Below, in pieces: positions 15,401 to 26,325 of a stretch of 64,000 nt of DNA (position 1 is its first letter; each line of letters begins with the position of its first letter). The notes beneath the pieces were generated by a model. The model worked only from the letters and a program-made list of their open reading frames with translations, was not told the DNA's origin and did not search any database. Source of the DNA: Mytilus trossulus (taxonomy: Eukaryota); the NCBI RefSeq assembly GCF_036588685.1, contig NC_086375.1, forward strand, positions 13,392,001-13,456,000. The letters are read 5' to 3'. The position numbers and the translations under genes were made by a program.

Positions 15401-18400
15401 AAGTTTTTTAAGAAACAATTAAATCAAATGGTCATTTATCTTAGAGGATCTTGCATGTAGTTTACGTGTCTTTTATCTGACTCTTCCATACATAACATTA
15501 ATATCATACATGTATGGCAATGTCTGACTTAAAAAATTCAAAATTTCCATAAACTTAGCTTTTGACTGATTTTTTTAAGTAAGAACATGATTTGACCTGT
15601 TTAAGTCAATTTGTCTGAACATGCCCATTTGACCTGTTAAAGTCAATTTGCCTGAACATGATTTGACCTGTTAAAGTCAGATTGCAGAACAAATTTTCAA
15701 ATCAATGATAGGTGTACAATATTAATGAGTTCCTTTAAGCCCTGCTTCTGAATCTGCGAATTTATTATTTGATAAATGTTTAGAAACAATTTAGTCAAAT
15801 GGTTATTTATTTTAGGGGATCTTAAGATACATTTCCTATATTCTGACGTTCCCATACTTTCATTTCATATCATATGTCAGTGCCCCACTCTAAAAATTGC
15901 AATACAATTAGTTTTGGACTGACTGTTAAAAGTCAAAACATGATTTGACTTGTTTAAAAGAAAATGCATTTAAATATTGAATATACCAAATATTTTTTTT
16001 ATAGTCCTCATTGTGACTTGAGGGGACCTTATTTCCTCTGTGCTATATCTGGCTTTCCAATACATTTTTAAATCAATATGACAGAACTAGACTTGGTTGA
16101 AATAAGTTTAGTTTTGACTGACTTTTTTAAGTCAGAACATAGTGTGACTTGTTTGAGTCAGTTAGCACAGCAGTATTTACCTCAATGAAATATTAAAATA
16201 ATAAATGTTTTGCTCTTGATAAATTTAGCTAAAGGTGGATGAGAATAGATCCTTTATTTTTTCCTTGGAAGATTGAAGGTATTGTCATGGTACTAGTAAA
16301 TGTATCCAATATTGTATTTTGTAAATCTTTTGATATTGACAGAAAATTGTATGATCCATTTTTTCTCCCCTGGTTTTTGTTTGTATTTTGAAATGATTAA
16401 ATTCAATGAGATAAATATTTTATGTTAAGATTCTGGAAAGAAGAAGGTTTGATGAGCCCCACTTTTTAAACTCTTTGATTGGAAACAAGTAATCACTATA
16501 TTTTTATGGAGATTGATAACAAAGTGGTAGTAATGACTGCTTCAAGTCAGAACAAAAAATGACCTCTCTAAGTCAAAATGCATCAAAAAGGGACATAAAT
16601 CTAATTAGAATATGACGATATTAAGTCACAATATTTTGTGCAAAAGCTGACCTGTGGAAGTCATTTTATGATAAATTAAAGTCTGACATAAACTGACCTG
16701 TACAAGTCATATTCGGTTGAGTGCAAGAAGGGAGACAACTCTTACATCAAATTATATCTGACCTATGGAAGTCATTTTATTCTGACTTGTTTATGTCAGA
16801 GCTCTGACTGTTAATTTTAAATCATAATTGACAATTGTTTTACCTGAACAGTAATTAAATAACGAAGACAGTTCTTATGGAATTATTTTTTTTTATAATA
16901 TTAGATCTGAGCTTGTGATTAATAGCCAGGTGTGAATTAAAAACACAGGTAAAGAGATTAGCGACCATTAGCCAATATTTCCAAGAAGCATTACTTTAGT
17001 CATTTTGAGGGCCTTCAAGATTATAACACTATACTGTAGTGGCAGACAGTTTTAATACAGGAAAGGGATAACAAAACAAAAACAAGTTCAAAATGCAAAA
17101 TTTAGAAACTTGATCTCAACGAAATGATCGAAATGAATTCTGTTAAAAAATGAAATTTGACCTAAATCCAAATTACTGATTTAGAAAAAATGCTTTCAGT
17201 TTAGGACAAGACTGACAAATATGACCGTTTCCACACCCTTGTACTGGATATATACTATCTTATGAACATATACAAGCTTCTGTCCAAGTTAGGTAGAAAT
17301 CCAGGATAGTTTAAGGAAGTTTTTAAAATTTCCAATACCTTTACCACAGAGTGAATATTTGTGGACGACGGTAGACATCAAAAGTGCGCCTTTGGGTTGA
17401 TCCGGCCCAAGTCAATCGGGCCCCAACAAAAATATATTTTATAAGGAACAAAAATAAAGAAATACATTAATTGTAATTCATAAATGTGTGTGATTTTTAT
17501 TATAATGTAAACATGGTAGAAAGGTTTACGGTAAAAAAAAAATGTCCTTTGAAAAATAGATGAGTATAAAACAACTAGGTTGACCCCAAAAAAATCTGAA
17601 AAGTGACGTTTTTTACATGTTTGGTAGATTTTTAATATTTAGGCTTGAATAGATGAACCTGGAATTTGAGGCCCAAATAGGCTCTTACCGGACCTACTTT
17701 TTTCTCAAATTGCGAAATGTTGTTTGATTTGCCGAATCCTTTCTATAAAAGAGAAGACAGAATGCAGTTGATTTTTAATATCACAATGGCATTTCCTTGT
17801 ATGGTATGTGACCAACATGTTAGACCTCGACATCTATAAAGACCTTGTTGGTTATTGTGTTATAAAAATGTATTTGTATTTATTGCACTGATAAGCATAA
17901 TGTGCTTAAAGTAACAAAGAATTGAAATTGAAATTGAAATTGATTACGTAACTTTAATTAATCAGGATTTGATTGAATTAAGTGATTAGAGTGGCATTAC
18001 CTTAAATGTAGTTCACAATCATCAGACAATTCTTGAATAAACAAACCAGTTATAGACTAATGATTTGATTTAACAAGTCATCATGATGAGTTAAATTTTA
18101 TAGGTTCCATTGGACTGTAAATATTTATTTAGATATTCTGTGAATGAACTAAACAAAATTAAAATCGCCATGACCTTCCAACTATTCATGGAAAAATCCT
18201 TCATATTTTAAAATATGTTGAAGCTGCTATTCAAACAGACACACACTCATGTTCGTATCAATTTAAAATAGTTCTTTAAGTTAAACTGAACCAGGTACAT
18301 GTACTCCAATACTTCACTTACATGTACCTGTTGTTATCCCGACACTTTTTGAAAATTCCATTTATACTGTTACAATTTGTCACAAATTCCTTCAAAATCA

Positions 18401-18985
18401 ATATAGTTTATTCTTATTTTGATATGGGGCCGGATCGACTTTGGGCCAGATTGACTTGGGGCCTGATCGGTTTGGGGCCAGAACAACCAGATACCCAAAA
18501 GTGCATATGTTGATGCATATAATGCTAGAGATGATAGCCAATATAACTAGAAAATGCCAATCTGCCCTAATTTGCTTTAAAACCAGTGCAAACAAAAATA
18601 CCCCTCTATAGAGGGATAATTTTATCCCTCTAAAGAAGGATACCCCTCTATACAGGTATTATAGGGGGGGGGGGGGGGGGGGGGGGGGCAGCAGACCACT
18701 CTTTAATTTGCACCTCCGTAAGGATTAAATTTGAATGCATGAAAATAGTAAGCTTTTCAAAAGATATGAAAATTTACAAAGGTGAAAACATTAGTCGGTC
18801 TTTGGTTAGATTTTACATGTGCAGCATTTTCAAATGTCACGAAAAGTGACAATTCAAAATTAAACAGTATCTCGAGGCTTGGTGTGATTTTTCTTCATAG
18901 AACTTATTTTACCGTTGGAAGCATCGTTTTGTAATCCTAAAACAGAAAGATATTTCTTTCGACCCTCTGCAAGATTTAGCGCCAT
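404..18985 (-). CDS. Multi-exon J-domain (DnaJ/Hsp40 class C-like) protein, 3' end outside window. Exons: 18913-18985, 9059-9111, 8478-8556, 8062-8183, 7270-7327, 5696-5781, 5037-5081, 2205-2279, 1229-1318, 404-468
   Basis: Ten exons with GT-AG boundaries and consistent phases join into one open frame: MALNLAEGRKKYLSVLGLQNDASN-EDIKKKYKKLALQHHPDK-NPDDPGATETFQRLSQAYFQLTRKYA-VNRIVGGCCQSCGCQYCYETDDEEEDF...SWFFRKLFVDVFGDFVFQR...KARKKLKMKSDKPKTISKKQQLAEQHRREK-EMKEISEELKNKLKK. The N-terminus is a typical J-domain with the HPD motif. Subfamily not recognised. Confidence 0.9.
1733..2003. mobile_element. PIF/Harbinger (Tourist-like) MITE
   Basis: TIR GGCCATGGAAAA...TTTTCCATGGCC, flanked by TAA on both sides (1730-1732, 2004-2006). 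Confidence 0.7.
3609..3775. mobile_element. Tc1/mariner-type MITE (TA TSD)
   Basis: TIR CTGTAAATTCAGAAATTATTGC...GCAATAATTTCTGAATTTACAG, TA on both sides; related copies at 46204-46410 and ~51840-52024. Confidence 0.75.
4751..4849. repeat. Imperfect fold-back hairpin, probably the end of a small non-autonomous DNA element extending to ~5020
   Basis: AGATTATTGTTGATCATCTTAAC...GTTGAGATGACCAATAATAATCT arms pair around a short loop. Confidence 0.5.
6850..7160 (-). repeat. Copy of an abundant dispersed ~330 bp repeat family (AAGAAGATGTGGTATGATTGCCAATGAGACAAC...CCACTGAATTACAGGCTCCTGACTTGGGACAGG)
   Basis: The same sequence recurs in both orientations at ~21500-21595, 22760-22915, 23500-23840, 26410-26530, 42390-42705, 51280-51550 and 56835-57030. 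It resembles a very common mussel interspersed repeat (from recollection). Confidence 0.8.
7902..7943 (+). ncRNA. Candidate minimal type I hammerhead ribozyme at the end of a Penelope-associated repeat fragment (~7670-7950)
   Basis: GCGTTC-CTGATGA-AGGTAAATCCA-GAAA-AGCGCT-TT-GGACGC. Core boxes are present, stem I GCGTTC/GGACGC pairs, and stem III is the palindrome AGCGCT. Stem II closure is non-canonical. Confidence 0.5.
10480..11510. repeat. Degenerate array of ~123-bp units (GAGATCCCCACCC...AAACCATATATAT...), same family as 36560-38140
   Basis: Shares unit motifs and the same tail AATGTCAGGCGACC..GGGAATGAC...TTTGTTTG.GAGAC with 38060-38140. Confidence 0.7.
10543..10667. mobile_element. 125-bp fold-back MITE with 9-bp TSD
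   Basis: TAGTCCAAATAATTATGACGTCTTGAAAGGCTATTATA...TATAATAGCCTTTCAAGACGTCATAATTATTTGGACTA; TSD TCGAGAATC at 10534-10542 and 10668-10676. Confidence 0.85.
14587..14702. mobile_element. 116-bp fold-back MITE inserted into one internal repeat unit of the large transposon
   Basis: Near-perfect hairpin TCAATCTTATTAAAATAA...GTCGC ACACG GCGAC...TTATTTTAATAAGATTGA; absent from the homologous unit at ~13080-13110; ATTTTTT on both sides. Confidence 0.8.
17388..18495. mobile_element. Non-autonomous Mutator-like (MULE) element
   Basis: 9-bp TSD CAAAAGTGC (17379-17387, 18496-18504), G...C ends, subterminal GGCCCAA/TTGGGGCC repeats in inverted orientation. Confidence 0.7.
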
Positions 18986-19488
18986 TCTTCATATTTTTTA
19001 GTAGGAAACTGGTTTTCTGTTTGAGTTTTTCACCGGTTGAACTGGCTCTTCCTCTATTGACGACTGATTCCTTGTCAAAGATTGAAGGAAGGAAACAGAA
19101 GATTGTTGTTACGAAACCAAAGATGAAATTCGCATTTTTTATACACTAAAATAATGTAATTTATAGTGCATCTAATTATGTGAACCGGTGGGTATATATA
19201 TATTTCATTCAAAAACACCTAAGATAATCACTGTCATTACCAATTTATTCTTAGGTAGCAACCATTTGATTTTCTGTGGGGGGGGGGGGAAAAGTTTGTT
19301 TCCAGTTTTTGGAGAAAAAATCAATTTGTTTTTGATTAAGAGAAAAAAAAATGTTTGTTTCACCCTTGGCTGCTCCGATATGTATTGCTAAAATTGAAAG
19401 AAAAAAATGTTTTCGACTTGTCGCGAAAAAAAATTGTTCTTCACCGTAGACAAAAAAAAAATTGTCCAGAAAAAAAACCCCAAAGCCC

Positions 19489-19545
<57 letters not shown>

Positions 19546-20869
19546 AAATCAAATGGTCTCTGCCTTGAAAACGTGCTATGAATTTCTACAGAAAACTCCT
19601 TGCCCAATGAGTAACAATCCCTGTAGGACTATAGTATAGTAAGTTAGTATCAAGTCTGTTCTCTCCCAGAACATGTGCACACCTTACACGTTCACAAAAC
19701 ATACTTTCACCTCCTAAAGGTTTGTTTGCACCTTATTTTTGTTTTGTTTCAACGCATTGGCATTGAATTATTGGATTTTTTAAAAAAAATATTATAAGTT
19801 ATCTACGTTCATATCCGTAGATATGGATATTTTAACACTCTGAAGTGTACAGTGTACTGAAGGGTGTTAAAATGTCATATCTGTACCATATTTACGGAAA
19901 TTCAGGTACTATAAGCATGATAAGTGTAACGTGAAACAATGTTTTTTCATTTTCTAAAAAAGTTTTATTGAAATTTGTAAATTTTACATATTTATTACGC
20001 TGGTGTAGAGTAGAACCCTACAGGTAGTCAAATATAAGATGATTTTAATACAGACATGACAGAGACATAGAAGACTGGCGTTATTGGTTGTGAGAGTTAC
20101 TTCATTGATGGTGTGACAGCAATATGGGTCATTTGCATAGCTAGGTCAGTAGTCCCATTCCTTGAAAAGGTGGCAGTCAAGTGATGCATTAAATGTATGA
20201 CATGAGTGTAAATGATTGGCATAGGTCAAAATGGTTAATGAATTAAATATTTAATTACAAACATCATGGATAATCTGCAGAATTCAACATTTCACAAGGA
20301 GCAATCATGGAACCAAGGAAAACTTGCATGAAGTTCCTCAGGATAATGGTTATTAATGTCCGGAGATATGGGTTAACAACACCCACGGGCTATGGGTTTT
20401 GTAACGACGTGTGTTAACCAATCAAAATCCTAGATATATACTAAGCAGAGGATAAGTATATTTCACTTTTAATAGTTAAAAAAATTGTGAATTTTCTGTT
20501 TTAACAGTTTATTTGATGGCAAATTCATGCTTGGCATTAAAAAAAATTGGGATCATATAACAGTTTATCGAACCGCAGATGAATTATCACGTTGTGATTG
20601 GTTCAACGCAGTCACGTGGTGACCCCTATGAGACCGTGTAGGGTTAGAAAGTATCATATGGGGTTAATGACGCGTTAATGGCGACGTCATCTATAAATGT
20701 TGTTGTGTTTCATTGTTTATTTTTCAACAAAACACTGCAGTAAAAGTCCACCGTCCGATAAATTTGTTATACGGTTAACTACTGACCCCCTCCGGCCTCA
20801 CCCCCTATGGATTTTAATAACCCTCTATGGATCCGTAGGGGATCAGTAGTGAACCATATATTTTATAAT

Positions 20870-21480
20870 GATGTTGTCTGGGTCGTCGTCCGAGGGTACA
20901 TTGATTTAAGGACAATAACTTAAGTTAAAGTAAATGGATCTTTATAATTTTTTTAAGAAGGTTCAATACCACACAAAGAAGGTTGGGATTGATGGTCCCA
21001 AAGGTATTAGGGGCCCAAAAAAAGGGGCTGAAAACAAGCATTTTTTTGTAGTTTTGGGATAATAACTTGTGTATAAGTATTTCCATTGCTCTGAAATTGG
21101 ACCACAGTGTTAAATACCACAAGTAGAAGGTTGGGAATCATTTGCAGGATTATGGGGCCAACAGTTTAGGATTTAGGGGCCAAAATGGGAAAAAAATAAG
21201 CATTATTCTAGTTTCTAATACTACAAAGAAAAGGCTGGGATTGAGTTTTGGCGTTAATGCTCCAAGAGGGGTTTCAAAAAATTTGGGGGGGGGGGATTTT
21301 TTTCCAATTTTTTTATGTGAATTATATTTTTATTCAAAATTCTTCAAATTTTGAAATGTTTCAAGAAGAAATCTTTACTTGCACAGTATTGCACAATATA
21401 TTTATAAGATCTTTGAACCAATTTATTTTGTGTCAGAAACCTATTTATGTCAAAAATTTGATCACAATCCAAATTCAGTC
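20870..21480 (+). repeat. Truncated Helentron-associated (HINE-like) / satellite-containing repeat
   Basis: GTCGTCGTCC microsatellite head followed by diverged tandem units containing GGGCCC and AAGGTTGGGA motifs. Confidence 0.4.
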
Positions 21481-22953
21481 GGTAAACTATGAATATAAAA
21501 AAGAAGAACCTGGTATGATTGCCAATGAGACAACTATCCACAAAAGACCTAAATGACACAGACATTAACAACTATAGGTCACCATACAGCCTTCAAAGGT
21601 AGCAATAAACAGTTAGAAAAAAATACTAAAATTTGCCCTTATGAATTTTACCATTCCCTTTTCATTGCTTTCTTGCACAAACTTGATTAAAAAACTTGAT
21701 GATAGGGAATCAATTTCTTACATCTGATTTAACTATACATTTAATATATGCCAAAATGTAACATGAAATCTTGATAAAAACAATAATTTGATATATTCGC
21801 AAGAAAAAAACCAACGCTTTCAATACTTGGGCTACTACATGCAGCCCAATCCATCATAAGCAAGCCTTAAGCAGATAGAGTACAAATATAAGCCTAGTGT
21901 CAAAATGTCTAATTTTGGTTGCTAAGGACTGTAAACAATAAAATTGACACACATTGTCATTGTTAAACACTTATTAACTCAAGTTGATTTTGAATCTAAA
22001 TATCAATAGATTTGTGGCATAAAAAGTCGTAAATTATACAACTATGAGCTTGGTAAGTATGCCATAAGGTAGCAATAAACAGTTAGAAAAAAATACTAAA
22101 ATGTGCACTTATGAATTTTACCATTCCTTTTCATTGCTTTCTTGCAATATCAAGCTTACTGTTTGTGTCATATAAGGGCATATGTATGTAATCAGAATCT
22201 TCCATAGATTTTATTTCCAGTATATAAAATGGTAAAATATAATTTCTTTTTGGTGTATCCATGGCAACAATCTGCATTTATTTGTTAGGAAATATTGCAA
22301 AAAGGGGGGGAAAGATGTCACATATTTCACCAAAATTTGACTAAAAGTAGAATTTCAATTGCTTGAAGTAATACCTTTTCTGAAACTGTGTACATATATA
22401 TCATTCAGCAAATCCAATGAAAATCATATGTCTTTCATCTCATTTTTTTGTAAAATTGCGTCAAAAATTTCGTGTAGAAAAAGAGTGTTTGTAAACAGTA
22501 CATTAATTTCTGGACCGATGGCCGGTCTAGCTATGAAAATACGGACTGTCAAACAGAAAACAGCCCATAAAACATGTAAAAAATAATCTTGATGCTCTTA
22601 TAAACCATCTTTGAAGGCTAAATTAGCACTCATCTGTCTAAAAATAAATTTTATTACACAAAAACTTTAACCACTGAGTGAATATTTGTGGACGCCGCAG
22701 ACGCCGCCGAAATATAGGATCGCTTAGTCTCGCTTTTTTGACTAAAGACGAAGGCTCGACAAAAAATGAACAAAAAACAAATATGTAACACATAAACAAA
22801 CGACAACCACTGAATTACAGGCTTCTGACTTGGGACAGGCACATTCATAAATAATGTGGCAGGGTTAAACATGTAAGCGGGATCCTAACCCTCCCCCTAA
22901 CCTGGGACAGTGGTATTACGCTTAATATTGTGGTATCAATGTCACTTGTTGTA

Positions 22954-24079
22954 TCTATACTATTAAACGAGAAGACCTCAATTTGGGTGTCGCTTCTCTT
23001 CTTTCCACAAGAAATTAATCAACACGCCTTTGTGTCCTATAGGTACTGTGTATAGTGCCATTTGTCATCCATTTATATGATTATTCGGATTGAGTTATTT
23101 TGAGAGAAAAACGAGAAAAAAGGCATCTGGATATTGTCCCGTCATTGGATGAAATTTTAAGTCAGATTAGACTTCCGGTTTGCGTTTTTCTGTTTACTTT
23201 GAGTTTGAACATACATATACAAAGAATAAAGTGTATTTTCAGAATTCTATCTGCTATTATTTTCAAGTTTACTATCCACGGCAGTCACAGGGTTTATTAA
23301 ATAGAGAGGTTCTGTATACTATATCAATAACCACTATGGATCGATTAGTAAACTTAGAATTGAAAGTAAATACACTATATTTATAAAGTAATGAATGTTC
23401 ATAATATACAGATAAGCGCTAAAAATATTTATGTGAACTTTTGAAACCTTTTCTGAAATTCTCCAGTCATTAAATTTTTTACAAAATTCATTGATTACAA
23501 AAAAAGAAGATGTGGTATGATTGCCATGTTGAGACAACTCTCCACAAGAGACCAATATGACACATTTATTAACAACTATAGGTTACCGTACGACCTTCAA
23601 CAACCAGCAAAGCCCACCAATATGACACAGATATTAACAACTATAGGTTACCTTACGACCTTCAACAACGAGCAAAGCCCATACCTCATACTCAGCCTTA
23701 AAAGGCCCAGAACTGACACTGTAAAATAATTCAAACCAGAAAACTAGTGGCCTTATTTATGTACAAAAAAATGAACGAAAAACAAATATGTAACACATAA
23801 ACAAACAACAACCACTGAATTACAGGCTCCTTACTTGAATGCTCATAACATACTAAATGTATGTTCATATTGAAATTGATAGAAAACCAAAAAATGGGAA
23901 TATTGGAAATAAAGGAGGAGGGAAAAAATAAAAGAAGCATTTTCCTGTCCCCAACTATGACTTGTGATTCTTTTGCTGAAATTCTCCAGTCATTCAATAT
24001 TTTACAAAATTCTTCCAACACTACTTTACATACTTTAAACTACGCTCTTAATGCCCGCGATTTCGCGGGTGTGTTCTAG
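22954..24079 (+). mobile_element. Non-autonomous Helitron (1.13 kb) carrying a nested dispersed repeat
   Basis: 5' TC after A (GTA|TCTATACTATTAA), 3' CTAG before T, and GC hairpin CCCGCGA-TT-TCGCGGG (24054-24069) just upstream of CTAG: the canonical Helitron end signature. Confidence 0.8.
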
Positions 24080-24294
24080 TGTTATATAAATAGAACATGT
24101 TAACTGGTGTGAGCTGGTTTCTATACCACCACCATTACAACACTATGTATTCTACTATTATTACCATAATTTTGTTTAAATATTTTTATTTTTAGGTTTG
24201 TAACTAGAATAATAAAATATTTAGTCTGATGAATTGTTTTCCTCTATTTCAGCTTGTTAAACAGTTGCTGGAGTAGTAACTGCTTGTAAACAAG

Positions 24295-25245
24295 ATGGAT
24301 ACACACAGTGAAGAAATGTCGGGATATTATTTAAAGAAACTTTCAAAGGGAGACAACAAGATCACTCTGACAAATTGTTATTCTGAAGCTATTCCAGACA
24401 AACTTGACCTTGAGCGATTTGAAAGAGGTCAACAATTTTTCAGGCAAAACATTTCAGCATGCCTTTTCACAATGATGTGTTCACTGGTATGTGGTTTGTG
24501 TGTCACTAACTTGTTAGAGCCGTTGGTCTTCACTGGAAAATCAGATACACCTCGGAAATCTTTAATTAGATATCTTAAAACAATGGCTCATGTTGTACAA
24601 TGGCATTGTGGGAATGTTTGGGATATGAATTCAAAAGCAAGAAAATCTCTCCAGACAGTGTGTGGATTACATGACAGAACAAGGGTTGATATGATGAAGA
24701 AGATGGATAAATTGTATGTTTCCCAGTACGACATGACGCTTGTCCAGGCGGGATTTATGGGCGCTATTATCATGTATCCTAAACAGTTTGGTATAAAAGC
24801 TAGTCAAGAGGATCTTAAAGATTATGTTTATTTTTGGAGGTGGATAGGATATTTGTTAGGGATGGAAGACAGAAATAATATCTGCATAAACTCTTTAGAA
24901 GAAGCCGTTGCTATTTGTCATGAAATAGAGAATGACATTGTCTATCCGGCGTTACACAAACCTCCGCCACATTTTCATCACATGGCCAAAGCTTTTACAG
25001 ATGGATCCAATATCTTGCGCAGTTTTAAATTTTTTACACCTGAATCGGTTATTTCATTTTCGTTGGATTTGGCAAAAAAGGAAAGACTCTCACATTCATT
25101 TGTGGACAAAATCAGAATTATTTTCTTGAAGGTGTTTGTAAATCTAATCTATTATTCCAGTTTATTTAGAAATTTTATGAACAGAAATGTAGAACACTTA
25201 TGTCTTGCTATACAAGATAAAAGGTTTGATGCTGGTGATGGTTAA
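24295..25245 (+). CDS. DUF2236 / MpaB'-Lcp (rubber oxygenase catalytic domain) family heme oxygenase-like protein, 316 aa, single coding exon
   Basis: Family motifs RGQQFF, LVFTGKS, RYLKT, LH, SQYDMTLVQAGFMG, DYVYFWRWIGYLLG. Splice acceptor TTTCAG ends at 24252 (5' UTR intron); AATAAA near 25569. Confidence 0.85.
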   Translation: MDTHSEEMSGYYLKKLSKGDNKITLTNCYSEAIPDKLDLERFERGQQFFRQNISACLFTMMCSLVCGLCVTNLLEPLVFTGKSDTPRKSLIRYLKTMAHVVQWHCGNVWDMNSKARKSLQTVCGLHDRTRVDMMKKMDKLYVSQYDMTLVQAGFMGAIIMYPKQFGIKASQEDLKDYVYFWRWIGYLLGMEDRNNICINSLEEAVAICHEIENDIVYPALHKPPPHFHHMAKAFTDGSNILRSFKFFTPESVISFSLDLAKKERLSHSFVDKIRIIFLKVFVNLIYYSSLFRNFMNRNVEHLCLAIQDKRFDAGDG

Positions 25246-25944
25246 TAATTTTATGTTTAATTCTCATAATTTATTATATGTGTAATTATTTTCTAAAAGC
25301 TGTTCTGGTAGATCTTTTTATTGTTCAAATTTGCACAGATATGGCATAAGATGCCTTTCTGTTAAATTGAAAATATTTTATAAAAGTCGATATGGTCATA
25401 ATAGTCAATGATACACATGGATACAGGAGTTGTATTTTTAATTTGTAAATAGTTTTTTAGAAGTATTTATATGTTTATTGAATTTTTGAATAATTTACTG
25501 TTATTCTCTATTTACATGATTGACTAAGATCTTTGTTTTTAATAAGATTATTTTTATAACATTGTTGAAATAAAAATTGAATTTACCATCTTTGCAATGT
25601 CACTGAATGTGTATTATGAAAACTGAGTTGTTCCATATATCGTGTATATACATGATATAAGTTAAAATTGAAAAAGGAAATGGGGGATGTGTCAAAGCGA
25701 CAACAACCGGACCATTGAACAGACAACAGCCGAAGGCTATCAATGGGTCTTCAATGTAGCAAGAAACTTCTGCACCCCTAGGTGTCCTTCAGCTGGCCCC
25801 TTAAAAAATATGTATACTAGTACAGTGATAATGGACGTCATACTATAAACTCCAAATTATACACAAGACACTAAAATTAAAAATCATACAAGAGTCTTAG
25901 ACTAACAAAGGCCAGAGGCTCCTGACTTGGGACAGGCGCAAAAT

Positions 25945-26325
25945 AGACAACTTTCGAGTTCGATGCATTTCCGTCAAAAACTCTGGTTTGAGTGAACGTC
26001 ATTTGTGCATTTAGGGGTGTCATCACTTCCATTCCAATGTTGAGCGAGTGGTTGGAAAACTATAATTCTATATTGTAAGATTTTTTTGGCGAATTGAATT
26101 CTCAAAATTAACAATCAGCACTGCTGTCATTAGGGAATTGTCATCAAGTACCTACAGAACAACCACTATTTCTAGTTTATCCTGCACAATGACGATCACT
26201 AAGACGCTTGATGAACGTTAATAGTACAGGGATACAGGCGATCCCAACAATCTGGTAAATGACGTCATAAAGGCGCGTATAATTGACGAGTTTTCTCCGG
26301 TGACGGATGAACTCGAAAGTGGTCT
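25945..26325. mobile_element. 381-bp MITE with 2-bp AT TSD (ISL2EU/Harbinger-like), nested in a dispersed repeat
   Basis: TIR AGACAACTTTCGAGTTC...GAACTCGAAAGTGGTCT with AT on both sides; interrupts the GGGACAGGCGCAAAAT|TGTGG.GGGGTT motif of the host repeat. Confidence 0.65.

Larger units (their letters stand above)
9551..16810. mobile_element. 7.26 kb non-autonomous TIR DNA transposon in DnaJ intron 1, with an internal array of subterminal-like repeats
   Basis: Perfect 32-bp TIR CAGTCAGAGCTCTGACATAAACAAGTCAGAAT (9551-9582, and inverted at 16779-16810); 5-bp TSD TTAAT (9546-9550, 16811-16815); no transposase ORF in the ORF track. Confidence 0.85.

Noticed and set aside
19251-19639. Poly-Gly / poly-Pro ORFs
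   Set aside because: Translations of a ~54-nt C homopolymer inside a small inverted-repeat element; the tract length may be a sequencing artefact.
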